Shown: positions 18,399 to 28,312 of the stretch, one piece after another
How positions within the stretch are numbered: position 1 is the stretch's first letter
How the letters are laid out: each line of letters starts with the position of its first letter
NCBI GenBank assembly: GCA_016213925.1
Contig: JACQZH010000021.1
Coordinates: 6,295 to 70,294 of the forward strand
Source of the DNA: Candidatus Omnitrophota bacterium
GTDB lineage: Bacteria > Omnitrophota > Gorgyraeia > B26-G9
DNA length: 64,000 bases
Reading direction: 5' to 3'
The notes under the pieces: generated by a model
Told to the model about the DNA's origin: nothing
The model's database searches: none
Seen by the model: only the letters and a program-made list of their open reading frames with translations
Made by a program: the position numbers and the translations under genes

Positions 18399-20045
18399 AT
18401 GCTAATAGACAAAAAATTAAAACTTTATATTTTTGCCATATGTTTTTCGCTGCCGGCTGCTTTATTTATTAAATTTCTCGGTGAAAACCGGTATCCTTTG
18501 CTGACAGTTGAGACGGCGCTGCTTTTTTTTATTCTAGCAATTTTTAGCTTGGTTGTTGTAAGTATTAGTTCGTTTTCCCGGAATACGGCTCTTTTTATTA
18601 TCGGAACGGTTATTTTTGCATACTTCTATGAGATCACGCCTTTCTTGGAGAAGTTTATTTGTTTTTTTGAGCAATGGACAGTAAGAACTATTACCGGAAT
18701 TATTATTGTACTGGTTATATCCGCTTTTTCCCGCAGGTTGAAGTTATCAGACTGGATTTATTTTGGGATAGCTGCTTTTTTGACTCTTTCCGCTACAACT
18801 ATTGAAGCATACTTAAAAATTACTCGTGACAATAAAGTACGCTATGAAAAAAATAATCTTGTTCACAATAAAGGTTTAAAACCGGTATTGTTTATAATAT
18901 TTGATGAACATATGTCTATTGAAGGGATTCCGGAAAATATATCCGGAGCAGGTATTCTTAAACAGGAAATGGCTGAATTTTATGAGCGGTTTAATTTTTT
19001 GTATTTCCCGCGTGCTTACAGCCATTTTTTTGAATCAAGTTTGAGTATCCCTAACGCTTTGAATTTTACCGCTAACCCTGCAATAAGGTATTTGGAGAAA
19101 AGCGGCTTAAGGACAAAACGCTTATTAATGAATAGGGCGTTTGATTTTTTAAAAAATAGGGGGTATGTGTTCAGGATTTATCAATCCGATTACATTGATT
19201 TTTTTGATCGCAGTAATGAAAAAATAGAATACTGTTTTCAGTACTATAGCGGGATAGAGGAGATTCATAAACAGGATTTTAAGATTTTAGATAAGTCGTT
19301 GTTATTAATGGGGCATTTCTTATCGGCTATAAAAACCGGAGAAAAGTCTGTAGCTACTGTTGGTTTTCTTGTTTCATTAATTGTGGGAGACAGGATAAAT
19401 GATATCCCGATAATAGGCGCTCCGTATGACCGTCTGGGGCCCATCAGAACTATACCGGCAATTGAACAGCTTAAAAAAGACACGAACCATTTAAAAAGCG
19501 GTACGGTTTATTTTGCGCATTTATTGACGCCCCATCATCCTTTTGTGTATGATGAGCTGAATAATCTTAAAAAAGATCCGAGGGATTGGTTTGGCCCGAA
19601 TAGGTGGTTCAATATGTATATATATAAAAGGGATTTGGCCTATGAAGAATCATATGAAAGTTATTGTAAACAGTTGCGTGGTATGTATAATTGGCTTAAT
19701 GAGTGGTTTAATCAGCTTAGTGAGCGTAAAGAGTTCAATGACCTGATTATAATCGTGCTCGGGGACCATGGTTCGCGTATAACAGAAGAAGACCCGGATA
19801 ACGCGTCAGTCCTTAAAAATCCAAAGTGGGACAGTATTGCCAAAGACTCTTTTTCGGTATTATTTGCAGTAAAAGGATCCCAATTTGAAAAAGGAAGAGT
19901 AGATATTGCTAAACCTTTAGAACGTTTGCTGTTTGAATGTTTTTTTTATCCTCAAAAATTGAAAGTTGAATCAAGTGATGAAAACTATTTAACTTTAAAT
20001 TTATTAAATAACAAGCTGCTAAAAGTAAAATATGATAACTGGTGA
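18399..20045 (+). CDS. Membrane-anchored alkaline-phosphatase-superfamily (sulfatase/LtaS/EptA-like) protein
   Basis: About five N-terminal TM helices, then a soluble domain with PVLFIIFDEH and IIIVLGDHGS motifs typical of sulfatase-fold transferases. Confidence 0.45.
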   Translation: MLIDKKLKLYIFAICFSLPAALFIKFLGENRYPLLTVETALLFFILAIFSLVVVSISSFSRNTALFIIGTVIFAYFYEITPFLEKFICFFEQWTVRTITGIIIVLVISAFSRRLKLSDWIYFGIAAFLTLSATTIEAYLKITRDNKVRYEKNNLVHNKGLKPVLFIIFDEHMSIEGIPENISGAGILKQEMAEFYERFNFLYFPRAYSHFFESSLSIPNALNFTANPAIRYLEKSGLRTKRLLMNRAFDFLKNRGYVFRIYQSDYIDFFDRSNEKIEYCFQYYSGIEEIHKQDFKILDKSLLLMGHFLSAIKTGEKSVATVGFLVSLIVGDRINDIPIIGAPYDRLGPIRTIPAIEQLKKDTNHLKSGTVYFAHLLTPHHPFVYDELNNLKKDPRDWFGPNRWFNMYIYKRDLAYEESYESYCKQLRGMYNWLNEWFNQLSERKEFNDLIIIVLGDHGSRITEEDPDNASVLKNPKWDSIAKDSFSVLFAVKGSQFEKGRVDIAKPLERLLFECFFYPQKLKVESSDENYLTLNLLNNKLLKVKYDNW

Positions 20046-20155
20046 GATAATTTCTAAAAAAGGGAGGCTGTTTTTTCTGTCCGCTAATACTAACCCGCTA
20101 TTCTATACACTGGATAGTTATTGCATTCCAAATCTTAAGAATTTATAATAAAACC

Positions 20156-20884
20156 ATGGCTAATGAAGAAGAAAAGAAACTAATCCCTTTCCCGATTTTC
20201 CTGATTCTGGTATCTTGCGGGACTTTTTCTGTATTAATGGCTCTTGATCTGCTTACGTTGAATGAGCAGGAAAGAGAAATGCTTAAAAAGCTTATCTTTA
20301 ACGGCCTTATATTTGTCGCGCTTTATATATTATTCGCTTCAGTAAAATCCGGCATAAAGGATAAGCTTTCCGGGATTCGATATAAAAGGGCCGTTTCACA
20401 GGGGAAAGTACCGGATGGTTATACCTGTAAGATAGCGGAAAAAGAAGGTTTTAGTTTCTCTTACCCTGAAAACTGGGTGCTTACCCTTCCAAGTGATCCT
20501 ATGTTGTATAAGGAAGCAAAAGAAGTATTTTTAGCGCAAGGGTTGCATTCTTTGCGTAACTTCAATATATCCTGCCAGGATATATCCAAAATAAAAGATC
20601 TTGAATATTTGTTTAACGCGATTATTAACGGTGTTTTAAACGTGCTGCAGGGAGCGCGGCTTGAATTTAAGGAGCTGTTGAAGCTGGAAAATGTATCGGG
20701 TATGCGTTATAAAATAAATTATCATAATGCCAATGGCTTGAATTTTTGCTGTTATCAAGCAGCTCTGACGGATAATAGTAAAAAGATATTATTGATTCTT
20801 ACCTTTACCTGCGAAAGCAGGGATTTTGCCGGTTCAAGGGAATTATTTGATCAGATCACCGGTTTGGTAAAAATTTTTAGCTGA
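20156..20884 (+). CDS. Hypothetical membrane protein
   Basis: 242 aa with two N-terminal TM helices. No recognisable motif. Confidence 0.3.
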   Translation: MANEEEKKLIPFPIFLILVSCGTFSVLMALDLLTLNEQEREMLKKLIFNGLIFVALYILFASVKSGIKDKLSGIRYKRAVSQGKVPDGYTCKIAEKEGFSFSYPENWVLTLPSDPMLYKEAKEVFLAQGLHSLRNFNISCQDISKIKDLEYLFNAIINGVLNVLQGARLEFKELLKLENVSGMRYKINYHNANGLNFCCYQAALTDNSKKILLILTFTCESRDFAGSRELFDQITGLVKIFS

Positions 20885-20986
20885 ATAAAAAAATATACTG
20901 TCGGGAACTTTTTGGAAAATTGTTTGTCTAATTAAAATGGAAGGCATTTAGAAAACCAGTATGTTAGGCAATCAAAGGAGGAAGGT

Positions 20987-22420
20987 ATGAGAAAAGCAGT
21001 CTGGGTTTTACTGGCAAGTGTTTTTTTATGCGCTAATGTGTTTGCCGCTGAATTTAAAAGCAGCGTTGATGATCAAAAAAATATCAGCGTAACCGTTTAT
21101 AACAGTAATCTCGGTTTGATTAAAGATACCCGTGAAATGGAGATTCCTAAAGGCGTGCATGAGCTGAAATTTATGGATGTCGCCAGCAATATAAACCCGG
21201 TAACCGTGCATATTAAGTCATTAACAAGCCCGGATAAACTTACGGTTTTAGAACAGAATTATGAATATGACCTGCTTAATCCGCAGAAGCTGCTGGATAA
21301 ATTTGTCGGTAAGGCCGTGAAACTGCTTGATAAAAATTATTATACAGGGAAAGAAGAAATATTCAACGCGGAACTGCTTAGTAATAATAACGGCCCGATT
21401 TACAAAATAAACAATGAAATTTATCTGAATGCTCCGGGACGGGTTATCTTGCCGGAAATCCCGGAAAACCTGATTGCCAAACCGACATTAATCTGGATGC
21501 TGAAAAATAATGAACCCAAAAAGCAGCAAATTGAGGCATCGTATCTTACCAGCGGCATTAATTGGAAATCGGATTATATCGTTGTTGTCGGCAAAGATAA
21601 CGATATCTGTGATTTAAGCGGCTGGGTAACGATAGATAACCAAAGCGGAGCCGCGTATAAGGACGCAAAAATAAAACTGGTTGCCGGAGATGTGAATAGG
21701 GTTTATGATCATAGGCCGCGTGCCGAGGGAATGAAAACGATGGATGTATGCAAAGAAAAGAACGAACAATTCAAAGAAGAATCTTTTTTTGAATACCATC
21801 TTTATACGTTGGAACGCTTGTCGACGATAAAAAATGACCAGACAAAGCAGATAGAATTATTGAATGCGGTGGATATTCCGATTAAAGAACGGATGGTTTA
21901 TTATGGAAATGCCTATTATTTCCGTAACCGTTACAGCGGTCAGGTTGAATCAAACCAAAAGATCGGAGTTTATCTGGAGATTGATAATAAAAAGGAAAAT
22001 AATTTAGGAATGCCTTTGCCGGCAGGCGTTATCCGCGCTTATAAAAAAGACGCGCAGGCAAGCCTGCAATTTATCGGAGAGGACCGCATAGAGCATACTC
22101 CTAAGGATGAAAAGATAAAAATCAAGATGGGAGATGCTTTTGATGTTGCCGGTGAAAGAAAACAGGCGGATTATAACATTTTATCCCGCAATGCCATGCA
22201 GCGTTTTGACACAGAGCAGGCTTGGGAAATTACCCTGCGTAATCATAAAGATAAACCGGTTACAGTTGAGGTTATTGAGCCTGTGCCCGGAGAATGGCAG
22301 ATATTAAACACAACACATCAGTATAATAAAGAAGACGCGCAGACAATTAAATTTCTTGTTGATTTAAATAAAAACGAAAGCCAGACAATTAAATACAGCG
22401 TAAAGATAAGGTATTGGTAG
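20987..22420 (+). CDS. Secreted DUF4140/DUF4139 (MuiA-like) family protein
   Basis: Signal peptide plus the N-terminal pattern VTVYNSNLGLIKDTREMEIPKGVHELKFMDVASNINPVTVHIKS, typical of this family. RBS AAAGGAGGAAGG. Confidence 0.4.
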   Translation: MRKAVWVLLASVFLCANVFAAEFKSSVDDQKNISVTVYNSNLGLIKDTREMEIPKGVHELKFMDVASNINPVTVHIKSLTSPDKLTVLEQNYEYDLLNPQKLLDKFVGKAVKLLDKNYYTGKEEIFNAELLSNNNGPIYKINNEIYLNAPGRVILPEIPENLIAKPTLIWMLKNNEPKKQQIEASYLTSGINWKSDYIVVVGKDNDICDLSGWVTIDNQSGAAYKDAKIKLVAGDVNRVYDHRPRAEGMKTMDVCKEKNEQFKEESFFEYHLYTLERLSTIKNDQTKQIELLNAVDIPIKERMVYYGNAYYFRNRYSGQVESNQKIGVYLEIDNKKENNLGMPLPAGVIRAYKKDAQASLQFIGEDRIEHTPKDEKIKIKMGDAFDVAGERKQADYNILSRNAMQRFDTEQAWEITLRNHKDKPVTVEVIEPVPGEWQILNTTHQYNKEDAQTIKFLVDLNKNESQTIKYSVKIRYW

Positions 22421-22446
22421 CGCTTATAAATAGAAAGGGGTGAGTG

Positions 22447-22626
22447 ATGACGCCGGTAGAAGCTTTAAGATTGGCATTAAAAGGAGAAGAGGGCGCGATA
22501 GAGTTATATAAAGAATGTATAGCAAAATATCCCAGCCTCGCGGATTTATTTTCTGAACTTTTGACTGAAGAGCAGAAGCATAAGAAGTTAATTGAAAAAA
22601 GGATTTTTGAAGCTACTAAGTATTAA
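22447..22626 (+). CDS. Small ferritin-like (rubrerythrin-type) half-domain protein
   Basis: About 59 aa with ALKGEEGAIELYKE...EEQKHKKLIEK, which resembles one helix pair of a diiron ferritin-like fold. Confidence 0.3.
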   Translation: MTPVEALRLALKGEEGAIELYKECIAKYPSLADLFSELLTEEQKHKKLIEKRIFEATKY

Positions 22627-22655
22627 AAACCGAAAAGGTTTAAAAATATTATTTC

Positions 22656-22684
22656 TTGCAATCGGAAAGTAAGTTTGCTATAAT
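22656..22684 (+). promoter_or_regulatory. Sigma70-type promoter upstream of smc (TTGCAA-17-TATAAT)
   Basis: TTGCAA at 22656-22661 and TATAAT at 22679-22684. Confidence 0.4.
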
Positions 22685-22734
22685 TCACAGGTGCAAGGGA
22701 ATGCGCCCTGCCTTAGTTTATATAGGGATATAAA

Positions 22735-25700
22735 ATGTATTTTAAAAAGTTAGAACTCTACGGATTTAAATCTTTTGTAGATAAGACAACGCTTATTTTT
22801 GAACCAGGCGTTACTGCCATTGTCGGGCCTAACGGTACAGGCAAAAGCAATATTTCAGACGCGATAAAATGGGTGCTTGGCGAACAAAGCGCGAAATCAA
22901 TGCGCGGTTCAAAAATGGAGGACGTGATTTTTAACGGTACTGAAGCACGGCCTCCGGTGAATATGGCGGAAGTTTCGCTTATCCTTTCCAATGAAGAAAA
23001 ACGTTTAGCGATTGATTATGATGAAGTAACAATTACCCGCAGGCTTTACCGTTCCGGTGAAAGCGAATATCTTTTGAATAAAACCTTGGTGAGGCTTAAA
23101 GATATTCAGGAACTTCTTATGGGTACGGGAATAGGAACGGAGTCATATTCTCTCTTAGAACAAGGCCGCATTGACGCGATTTTAAGTTCAAAGCCCGAAG
23201 AACGCAGGGTTGTTTTTGAAGAAGCAAGCGGGATCACCCGTTTTAAAAAGAAAAAAGCGGAAGCGCTTAGAAGGCTGGAAGCTACAGAAGAAAATTTACT
23301 GCGCGTTAATGATATAATTACCGAAGTTAACCGCCAATTAGGATCGATCCAGCGCCAGGTAAATAAAGCCAGGCGTTATCAGGAACATTATGAGCAGCTT
23401 AAAATCCTCGATACGCAATATACCTACCGCGAATATAATGTCGTAAAAACAGAAAAAGAAAAATTTGAAGAGTGTGAAAATGCTTTTCGCAATGAATTGA
23501 ATTCCCTGGAGTCAGAACTTGCCGGATTGGCTCAAGCGTTTGACGAAATAAAAAGCGCTCTTTCTAAGGTTGAAGGGGATTATAGCCAGCTTAATGCCAA
23601 GGTTTTAAATGCCAGTACTCAAATCGAAAAAAATACAGACCGGATTCATTTGAATAATGAACGCATAGAGGAATTTGGCCAGCGCGCGGAAAATTTGACC
23701 GCGGATATTGATAATTCTAATGCTAAAATCAAAGAACTGGAAGAGCAATTTGCGCAGTTAAAAATCCGCTTGAATTCATTCCTTGAAGAAAAAAATAATA
23801 AGGTCCACAATTTAAATCTTAAACAAGCGAGTATTTGCGAGATTGAAAAGCTGATTAAGCAAATACATGAATCGATTGAATCAACCCGGCTGACGGCGGT
23901 AAAGCTTCTTTCCGAGCACGCGCAGATTAAAAATGAACTGGCAAAACTTTCCGCTAATATTCATAACGCGCATTCACGCCTGCTTCGGTTGCATCAGGAA
24001 AAAGAAAAGACGGAAAATGAGCTTTCGGCAATTAATGCCAAGATAGAAGAAAAAATGTCGCTTCTGGATGAGCTTAAGGGCAGGATAGATACGGAGGAAC
24101 TGCAGGTTAGTCAATTACGTTCTGATTATGATGCTTTAAATCAGGAGATCCGCAACCTGGAATCAGAGTATCAAAAAAGCAAGCAGTCTTTGATAGCCGG
24201 CCAGTCACAGCTTGAAGTGCTTGAAAAATTGATTAAAACATACGAAGGTTTTTCAAGTAACGTGAAAAATTTTATGCTTAAAAAAGAAACTCATCCGCAT
24301 CTTTTCGAGGGAGTTTATGATGTTCTTGTAAATCTGATTGATGTTACCCCAGGATTTGAAATGTGCGTAGAAAATGCGCTGGGGGAATATTTGCAGGCAG
24401 TTGTCGTTGATAATAAACAAACCGCGTATAAGCTGACAAATTTTTTAAAAGAGGAGCAGATAGGGCGGATAAGATTTATCGCGCTAGATTCTATTCCTTT
24501 GGGCCAAGAAACTATCATGCCTCAAATTGCAGAGAGAAGAATCACGGATGTTATTAAGCCGCAATTTGGTTATGAAAAGCTTATAAATTATCTTTTACGG
24601 GATACTTTTATTATCGGGGAAAAAAATCAAAACACGGAGAAAACAATTCCTGCGCAAGAAAATACCGGCTGTGAAAGTTTAACGCAATCCCTTAGCCAGG
24701 TAAAAGAAGGTAGAATGTTTTCTTATACGATAGCAAATGCCGAATCAGTGGAAGTTATTGGAGATTTTAATAATTGGGTAAGCAGCCTTAAAAGCAGGAT
24801 GGAACGGGCGCAGGCGGGAAATTGGCAAAAATTTATAGCTCTTAACCCGGGGGTTTACAGGTATAAGTTTATCGTAGATGGAAGATGGGTGCTTGATCCG
24901 GCTAATCCGCGTTCGCAGATAGACGATACAGGGAACGTGAATTCAGTAATTGAAGTGCTTGAATATCCGGTTCAGGCCAAGCCTCAAAGCATGATTTCCG
25001 ATTCTCAGGGGGATGCGGATTTCTCAGGCAGATTAATATCTCAAGATGGTCAAATCGATACATTGACTGAAGTTATCAGCAGCCCTGTCAAAGAGCATGG
25101 CGCCGGGTTGATATTGCAGAAAACCCAGATGAAGATGCTTCAGGAAGAATGCGTGTGTTTAAAAGAAGCGATTAAGTACTATGAAGCTAAGGAGCAGGAA
25201 AAACGGCAGCAGCTTGTCGGGATGGAACGTGAATTGACTCAACTTAATGATATTTTGCATAAAGAGAAAATCGTATTTGCAAATAAGGATTCAGAGCGTT
25301 CAAATATTGAAGCGGCAAAGAAGAAACTTGATGATGAAATAGCTATACTGAACCTGGAAATAGATGAAACAACGCTTGACGAGCAGGAACTGATGGCAAA
25401 AGAAATCGAAAAGAAGAAACGGCTTGAAGAAATAGATGAGCTGACAAGAGTCAATGAAAAGAAAATGGCCCAAGGCCAGGAGCTGATAGCTATAAAGACT
25501 CAAGAACGTGAAGAGCTGCTTGTTGTTATCGCCGAAATGAAGACGGAATTTTCTCTTTTAAATGAACAGGAAGCTGCCCTGAACACTAATTTTTCCATGC
25601 TCGATCAAAGCATTGAAAGTCAGCGGGCTAACGCGAAAGAATATTTAAGGCAGAAAGAAGATTTATTAAAGCGCAGTGAAGAGCTTTCTATTCAAAAAGA

Positions 25701-26745
25701 AGAGCTAAAACAGAAAACAACGGTTCTCGAAACTGAAAAACAGCAGATGGAGGAGGCATTACAGGGAATTTCCTTGCAGCGCGGTAAATTACTTGCTGAA
25801 TTTGAGGATGTCCAGAATCAGGTAAAAATAAAAGAAAACAGGATTAATGCTATAAAAAATAACATGCGCGATGTTGATATTAAGAAGGTAGAACTTAATT
25901 TTAAAATAGAATCACTGGTTAATTCGCTTAAACAAGCGTATAAGATTGATTTGCTTACGCTTACCTTGGAGCCTTCTGAAGGGGTTGACTGGAATAGCCA
26001 AAAACTGCAGATCGAGGAATTGAAAATAAAAGTTGAGCGGCTTGGCGCGGTTAATCTTGCCGCGGTCGAAGAAGAGGAAGAACTTAAGGAGAGAGCGGAA
26101 TTTCTTAACAGTCAAAAAGATGATTTAATATCGGCAAAGCAATCCCTGATGCAGGCAATCCAAAAAATAAACCGCACGACAAAAGAGTTATTCCTTGAAA
26201 CGTTTGAAAAGTCAAAAGCGACTTTTAAAGAATATTTTAAACTGCTTTTCGGAGGAGGAGATGCGCAGCTGCATCTTATCGAAGATAAGGATATCTTGGA
26301 AAGCGGTATCGATATTATAGTACGGCCTCCGGGAAAACGCCTGCAGAGTATTACATTGCTTTCAGGAGGGGAAAAAACACTTACGGCTATCGCGCTATTA
26401 TTCGCGATTTATAAAATAAAGCCTACGCCGTTCTGCGTGTTAGATGAAATGGATGCGCCGCTTGATGAATCGAATATTGACCGTTTTACCCGGGTACTGC
26501 AGGAGTTTCTCAAGGATTCGCAGTTTATCATTATTACTCATAATAAAAAGACAATCGGTATGGCTGACGTGATGTATGGAGTAACAATGGAAGAGGCGGG
26601 TATTTCCAAAATCGTATCAGTGAAATTCAGCGATTATAAAGAAAATTCCCAGGATAATTCCCAAGGTCTGGGTTACGAGCAAACGCCTCAAAAAGGTTTT
26701 GCAGAGACTGAAGTAACAATGCCGGAGAAGGTACTGGCGCATTGA
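22735..26745 (+). CDS. smc: Chromosome segregation protein SMC with ~150-aa CBM48-like insertion in hinge
   Basis: The N-terminal Walker A is GPNGTGKSN and the C-terminal signature is LSGGEKTLTAIALLFAI with Walker B CVLDEMDAPLD, joined by long coiled coils. 1336 aa versus ~1180 typical. Confidence 0.85.
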   Translation: MYFKKLELYGFKSFVDKTTLIFEPGVTAIVGPNGTGKSNISDAIKWVLGEQSAKSMRGSKMEDVIFNGTEARPPVNMAEVSLILSNEEKRLAIDYDEVTITRRLYRSGESEYLLNKTLVRLKDIQELLMGTGIGTESYSLLEQGRIDAILSSKPEERRVVFEEASGITRFKKKKAEALRRLEATEENLLRVNDIITEVNRQLGSIQRQVNKARRYQEHYEQLKILDTQYTYREYNVVKTEKEKFEECENAFRNELNSLESELAGLAQAFDEIKSALSKVEGDYSQLNAKVLNASTQIEKNTDRIHLNNERIEEFGQRAENLTADIDNSNAKIKELEEQFAQLKIRLNSFLEEKNNKVHNLNLKQASICEIEKLIKQIHESIESTRLTAVKLLSEHAQIKNELAKLSANIHNAHSRLLRLHQEKEKTENELSAINAKIEEKMSLLDELKGRIDTEELQVSQLRSDYDALNQEIRNLESEYQKSKQSLIAGQSQLEVLEKLIKTYEGFSSNVKNFMLKKETHPHLFEGVYDVLVNLIDVTPGFEMCVENALGEYLQAVVVDNKQTAYKLTNFLKEEQIGRIRFIALDSIPLGQETIMPQIAERRITDVIKPQFGYEKLINYLLRDTFIIGEKNQNTEKTIPAQENTGCESLTQSLSQVKEGRMFSYTIANAESVEVIGDFNNWVSSLKSRMERAQAGNWQKFIALNPGVYRYKFIVDGRWVLDPANPRSQIDDTGNVNSVIEVLEYPVQAKPQSMISDSQGDADFSGRLISQDGQIDTLTEVISSPVKEHGAGLILQKTQMKMLQEECVCLKEAIKYYEAKEQEKRQQLVGMERELTQLNDILHKEKIVFANKDSERSNIEAAKKKLDDEIAILNLEIDETTLDEQELMAKEIEKKKRLEEIDELTRVNEKKMAQGQELIAIKTQEREELLVVIAEMKTEFSLLNEQEAALNTNFSMLDQSIESQRANAKEYLRQKEDLLKRSEELSIQKEELKQKTTVLETEKQQMEEALQGISLQRGKLLAEFEDVQNQVKIKENRINAIKNNMRDVDIKKVELNFKIESLVNSLKQAYKIDLLTLTLEPSEGVDWNSQKLQIEELKIKVERLGAVNLAAVEEEEELKERAEFLNSQKDDLISAKQSLMQAIQKINRTTKELFLETFEKSKATFKEYFKLLFGGGDAQLHLIEDKDILESGIDIIVRPPGKRLQSITLLSGGEKTLTAIALLFAIYKIKPTPFCVLDEMDAPLDESNIDRFTRVLQEFLKDSQFIIITHNKKTIGMADVMYGVTMEEAGISKIVSVKFSDYKENSQDNSQGLGYEQTPQKGFAETEVTMPEKVLAH

Positions 26746-26962
26746 TTGGGATAAACCAAAATTTTGGGATAAAATCTAGTCTCAAATAATCCCAAAATTT
26801 GCCCGATAGGGGCGATAGTCTACCTATCTGCTGACAGGCAGGCTATCGAGGTATCCGAATTTCGCTTGCACCTTTTAATGCTGCGTTGCATTAGAGCAAC
26901 TCGTTATATGAATAAGGATAGAAACAAAACAGATATTCATGTGCAAAATTCGGGATAACCTC
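26746..26962. repeat. Structured intergenic repeat, family A, short copy
   Basis: It has the same core as 17748-18032. It is flanked by a TTTGGGATAA / TTATCCCAAAA inverted pair at the left end and GTGCAAAATTCGGGATAAC at the right end. It sits between the convergent smc and GGDEF genes. Confidence 0.6.
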
Positions 26963-27009
26963 AAAACAGATGTTTTTTTTCGCGAATTATTTCCGAGATA
27001 ATTACCTGG

Positions 27010-28119
27010 TTAAATTAATTCTTTGCTGAACATGCAGACTCTGTTGCGGCCGATATTCTTTGCCGCGTAAAGGGCTTTATCAGCGGCAGAAATAAGGCCT
27101 TCGGCAGTTGAAGAATCTTGCGGGAAGCTTGAGACGCCGATGCTTATTGTCGCGTGTTTTGGCGTGTCCGATTCGGGTGTTTGAAACGGAAAGGCTGCCG
27201 CGAAGCTGCGGATTCTTTCTGCGGAAGAGTAGGCTTTTTCCTTAAAGGTTTCAGGAAGGATAATTACGAATTCTTCTCCTCCGTATCGGGCGACAAGATC
27301 TACCTCCCTGCTTGAATTTTGAAAAATTTCCGCTAATTGCTTCAGGAGTTTATCTCCTGCAGGATGGCCGTATGTATCATTGAATTTTTTGAAAAAATCT
27401 ATGTCAATCATAAGCAGGCTTAACTGCCGGTTAAAGCGGCTTGCACGCTTTATTTCTTCGCGCAGCTGATGCTGAAAATATCCGTAATTCCAGAGATTTG
27501 TCAGGTGGTCAGTGTATGAAAGGATCAGGGTTTTTTCAAATTCCTGCGAATTTTCTATTGCTAATCCGGCCTGGTTTGCGAACATGGTAAGTTTCCAGAT
27601 ATCAGATTCGGTAATCTTATTTTTTGAAAAAAAGTTATCAACAAGCATGATACCGACAACACGGTTTTTTGCCAGCAAAGGCACGGTTACAAAATATTCC
27701 ATATTGAATAATGAGATTACCGGGTCGTTGCTTGAAAGCAATTTCTTGGAATCAGTTCTGCGGTCAAAATCCGCGTATGAGGATATGAGTTGATCCATGG
27801 TTTTTTGTGTGTTTTCAATATATTTCCAGATTTCATGAGCATTTTCTCCGGAATCTGGGCCGATTCCCATTCTCCCTTCAAGCTGGTTTTTCTTTTCGTT
27901 TACAAGAAATAACATGGCGCGGTTAAAACCAAGCCCTTCATTGGCTGTAACGCTGGTAAGGATGATGTATAAGATTTCGTCCAGGCGCAAAGTAGAGCGC
28001 ATGGCAATGCCTATCTCATAGAGCATTAGCAGCTCAGAGTGCTGTTTTTCATCAGGTGTGTGTACTTTATTTTGGTGGAGCATGCTTCTTATTTTTAAAC
28101 ACTTTCCTATTTTTGTCAA
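27010..28119 (-). CDS. GAF-domain diguanylate cyclase (GGDEF)
   Basis: The C-terminus carries RYGGEEFVIILPE (GGEEF active site). The N-terminal ~180 aa are GAF-like. Confidence 0.75.
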   Translation of the reverse strand: MTKIGKCLKIRSMLHQNKVHTPDEKQHSELLMLYEIGIAMRSTLRLDEILYIILTSVTANEGLGFNRAMLFLVNEKKNQLEGRMGIGPDSGENAHEIWKYIENTQKTMDQLISSYADFDRRTDSKKLLSSNDPVISLFNMEYFVTVPLLAKNRVVGIMLVDNFFSKNKITESDIWKLTMFANQAGLAIENSQEFEKTLILSYTDHLTNLWNYGYFQHQLREEIKRASRFNRQLSLLMIDIDFFKKFNDTYGHPAGDKLLKQLAEIFQNSSREVDLVARYGGEEFVIILPETFKEKAYSSAERIRSFAAAFPFQTPESDTPKHATISIGVSSFPQDSSTAEGLISAADKALYAAKNIGRNRVCMFSKELI

Positions 28120-28183
28120 GCCCTATGAATACCAGCCGAATAAGTTAATAGTTAAATAACCTATTAACAATATCAATGGGGGT

Positions 28184-28312
28184 ATAATCCCAGATTTTGC
28201 CGGCCTATCGGCAAGCATCTTTTTATGCGAGATATTATTTTATAACTGTTTTTTTCGAACTAAGTTACCATAATTCTTGTTTTCTATTGCAATTTTTGGG
28301 ATAATAAACAAA
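28184..28312. repeat. Family A-related framework sequence without the core, containing the shared promoter module
   Basis: ATAATCCCAGATTTTGCC and ATTCTTGTTTTCTATTGCAATTTTTGGGATAAT match the flanks of copy 1 but lack the ~190-bp core. It lies in the divergent region between the GGDEF gene and the rubrerythrin-like gene. Confidence 0.45.

Noticed and set aside
17748-28312. CRISPR array interpretation of the repeated intergenic sequences
   Set aside because: The repeats are ~200 bp long and tens of kb apart, with no short regularly spaced repeat-spacer structure and no cas genes.
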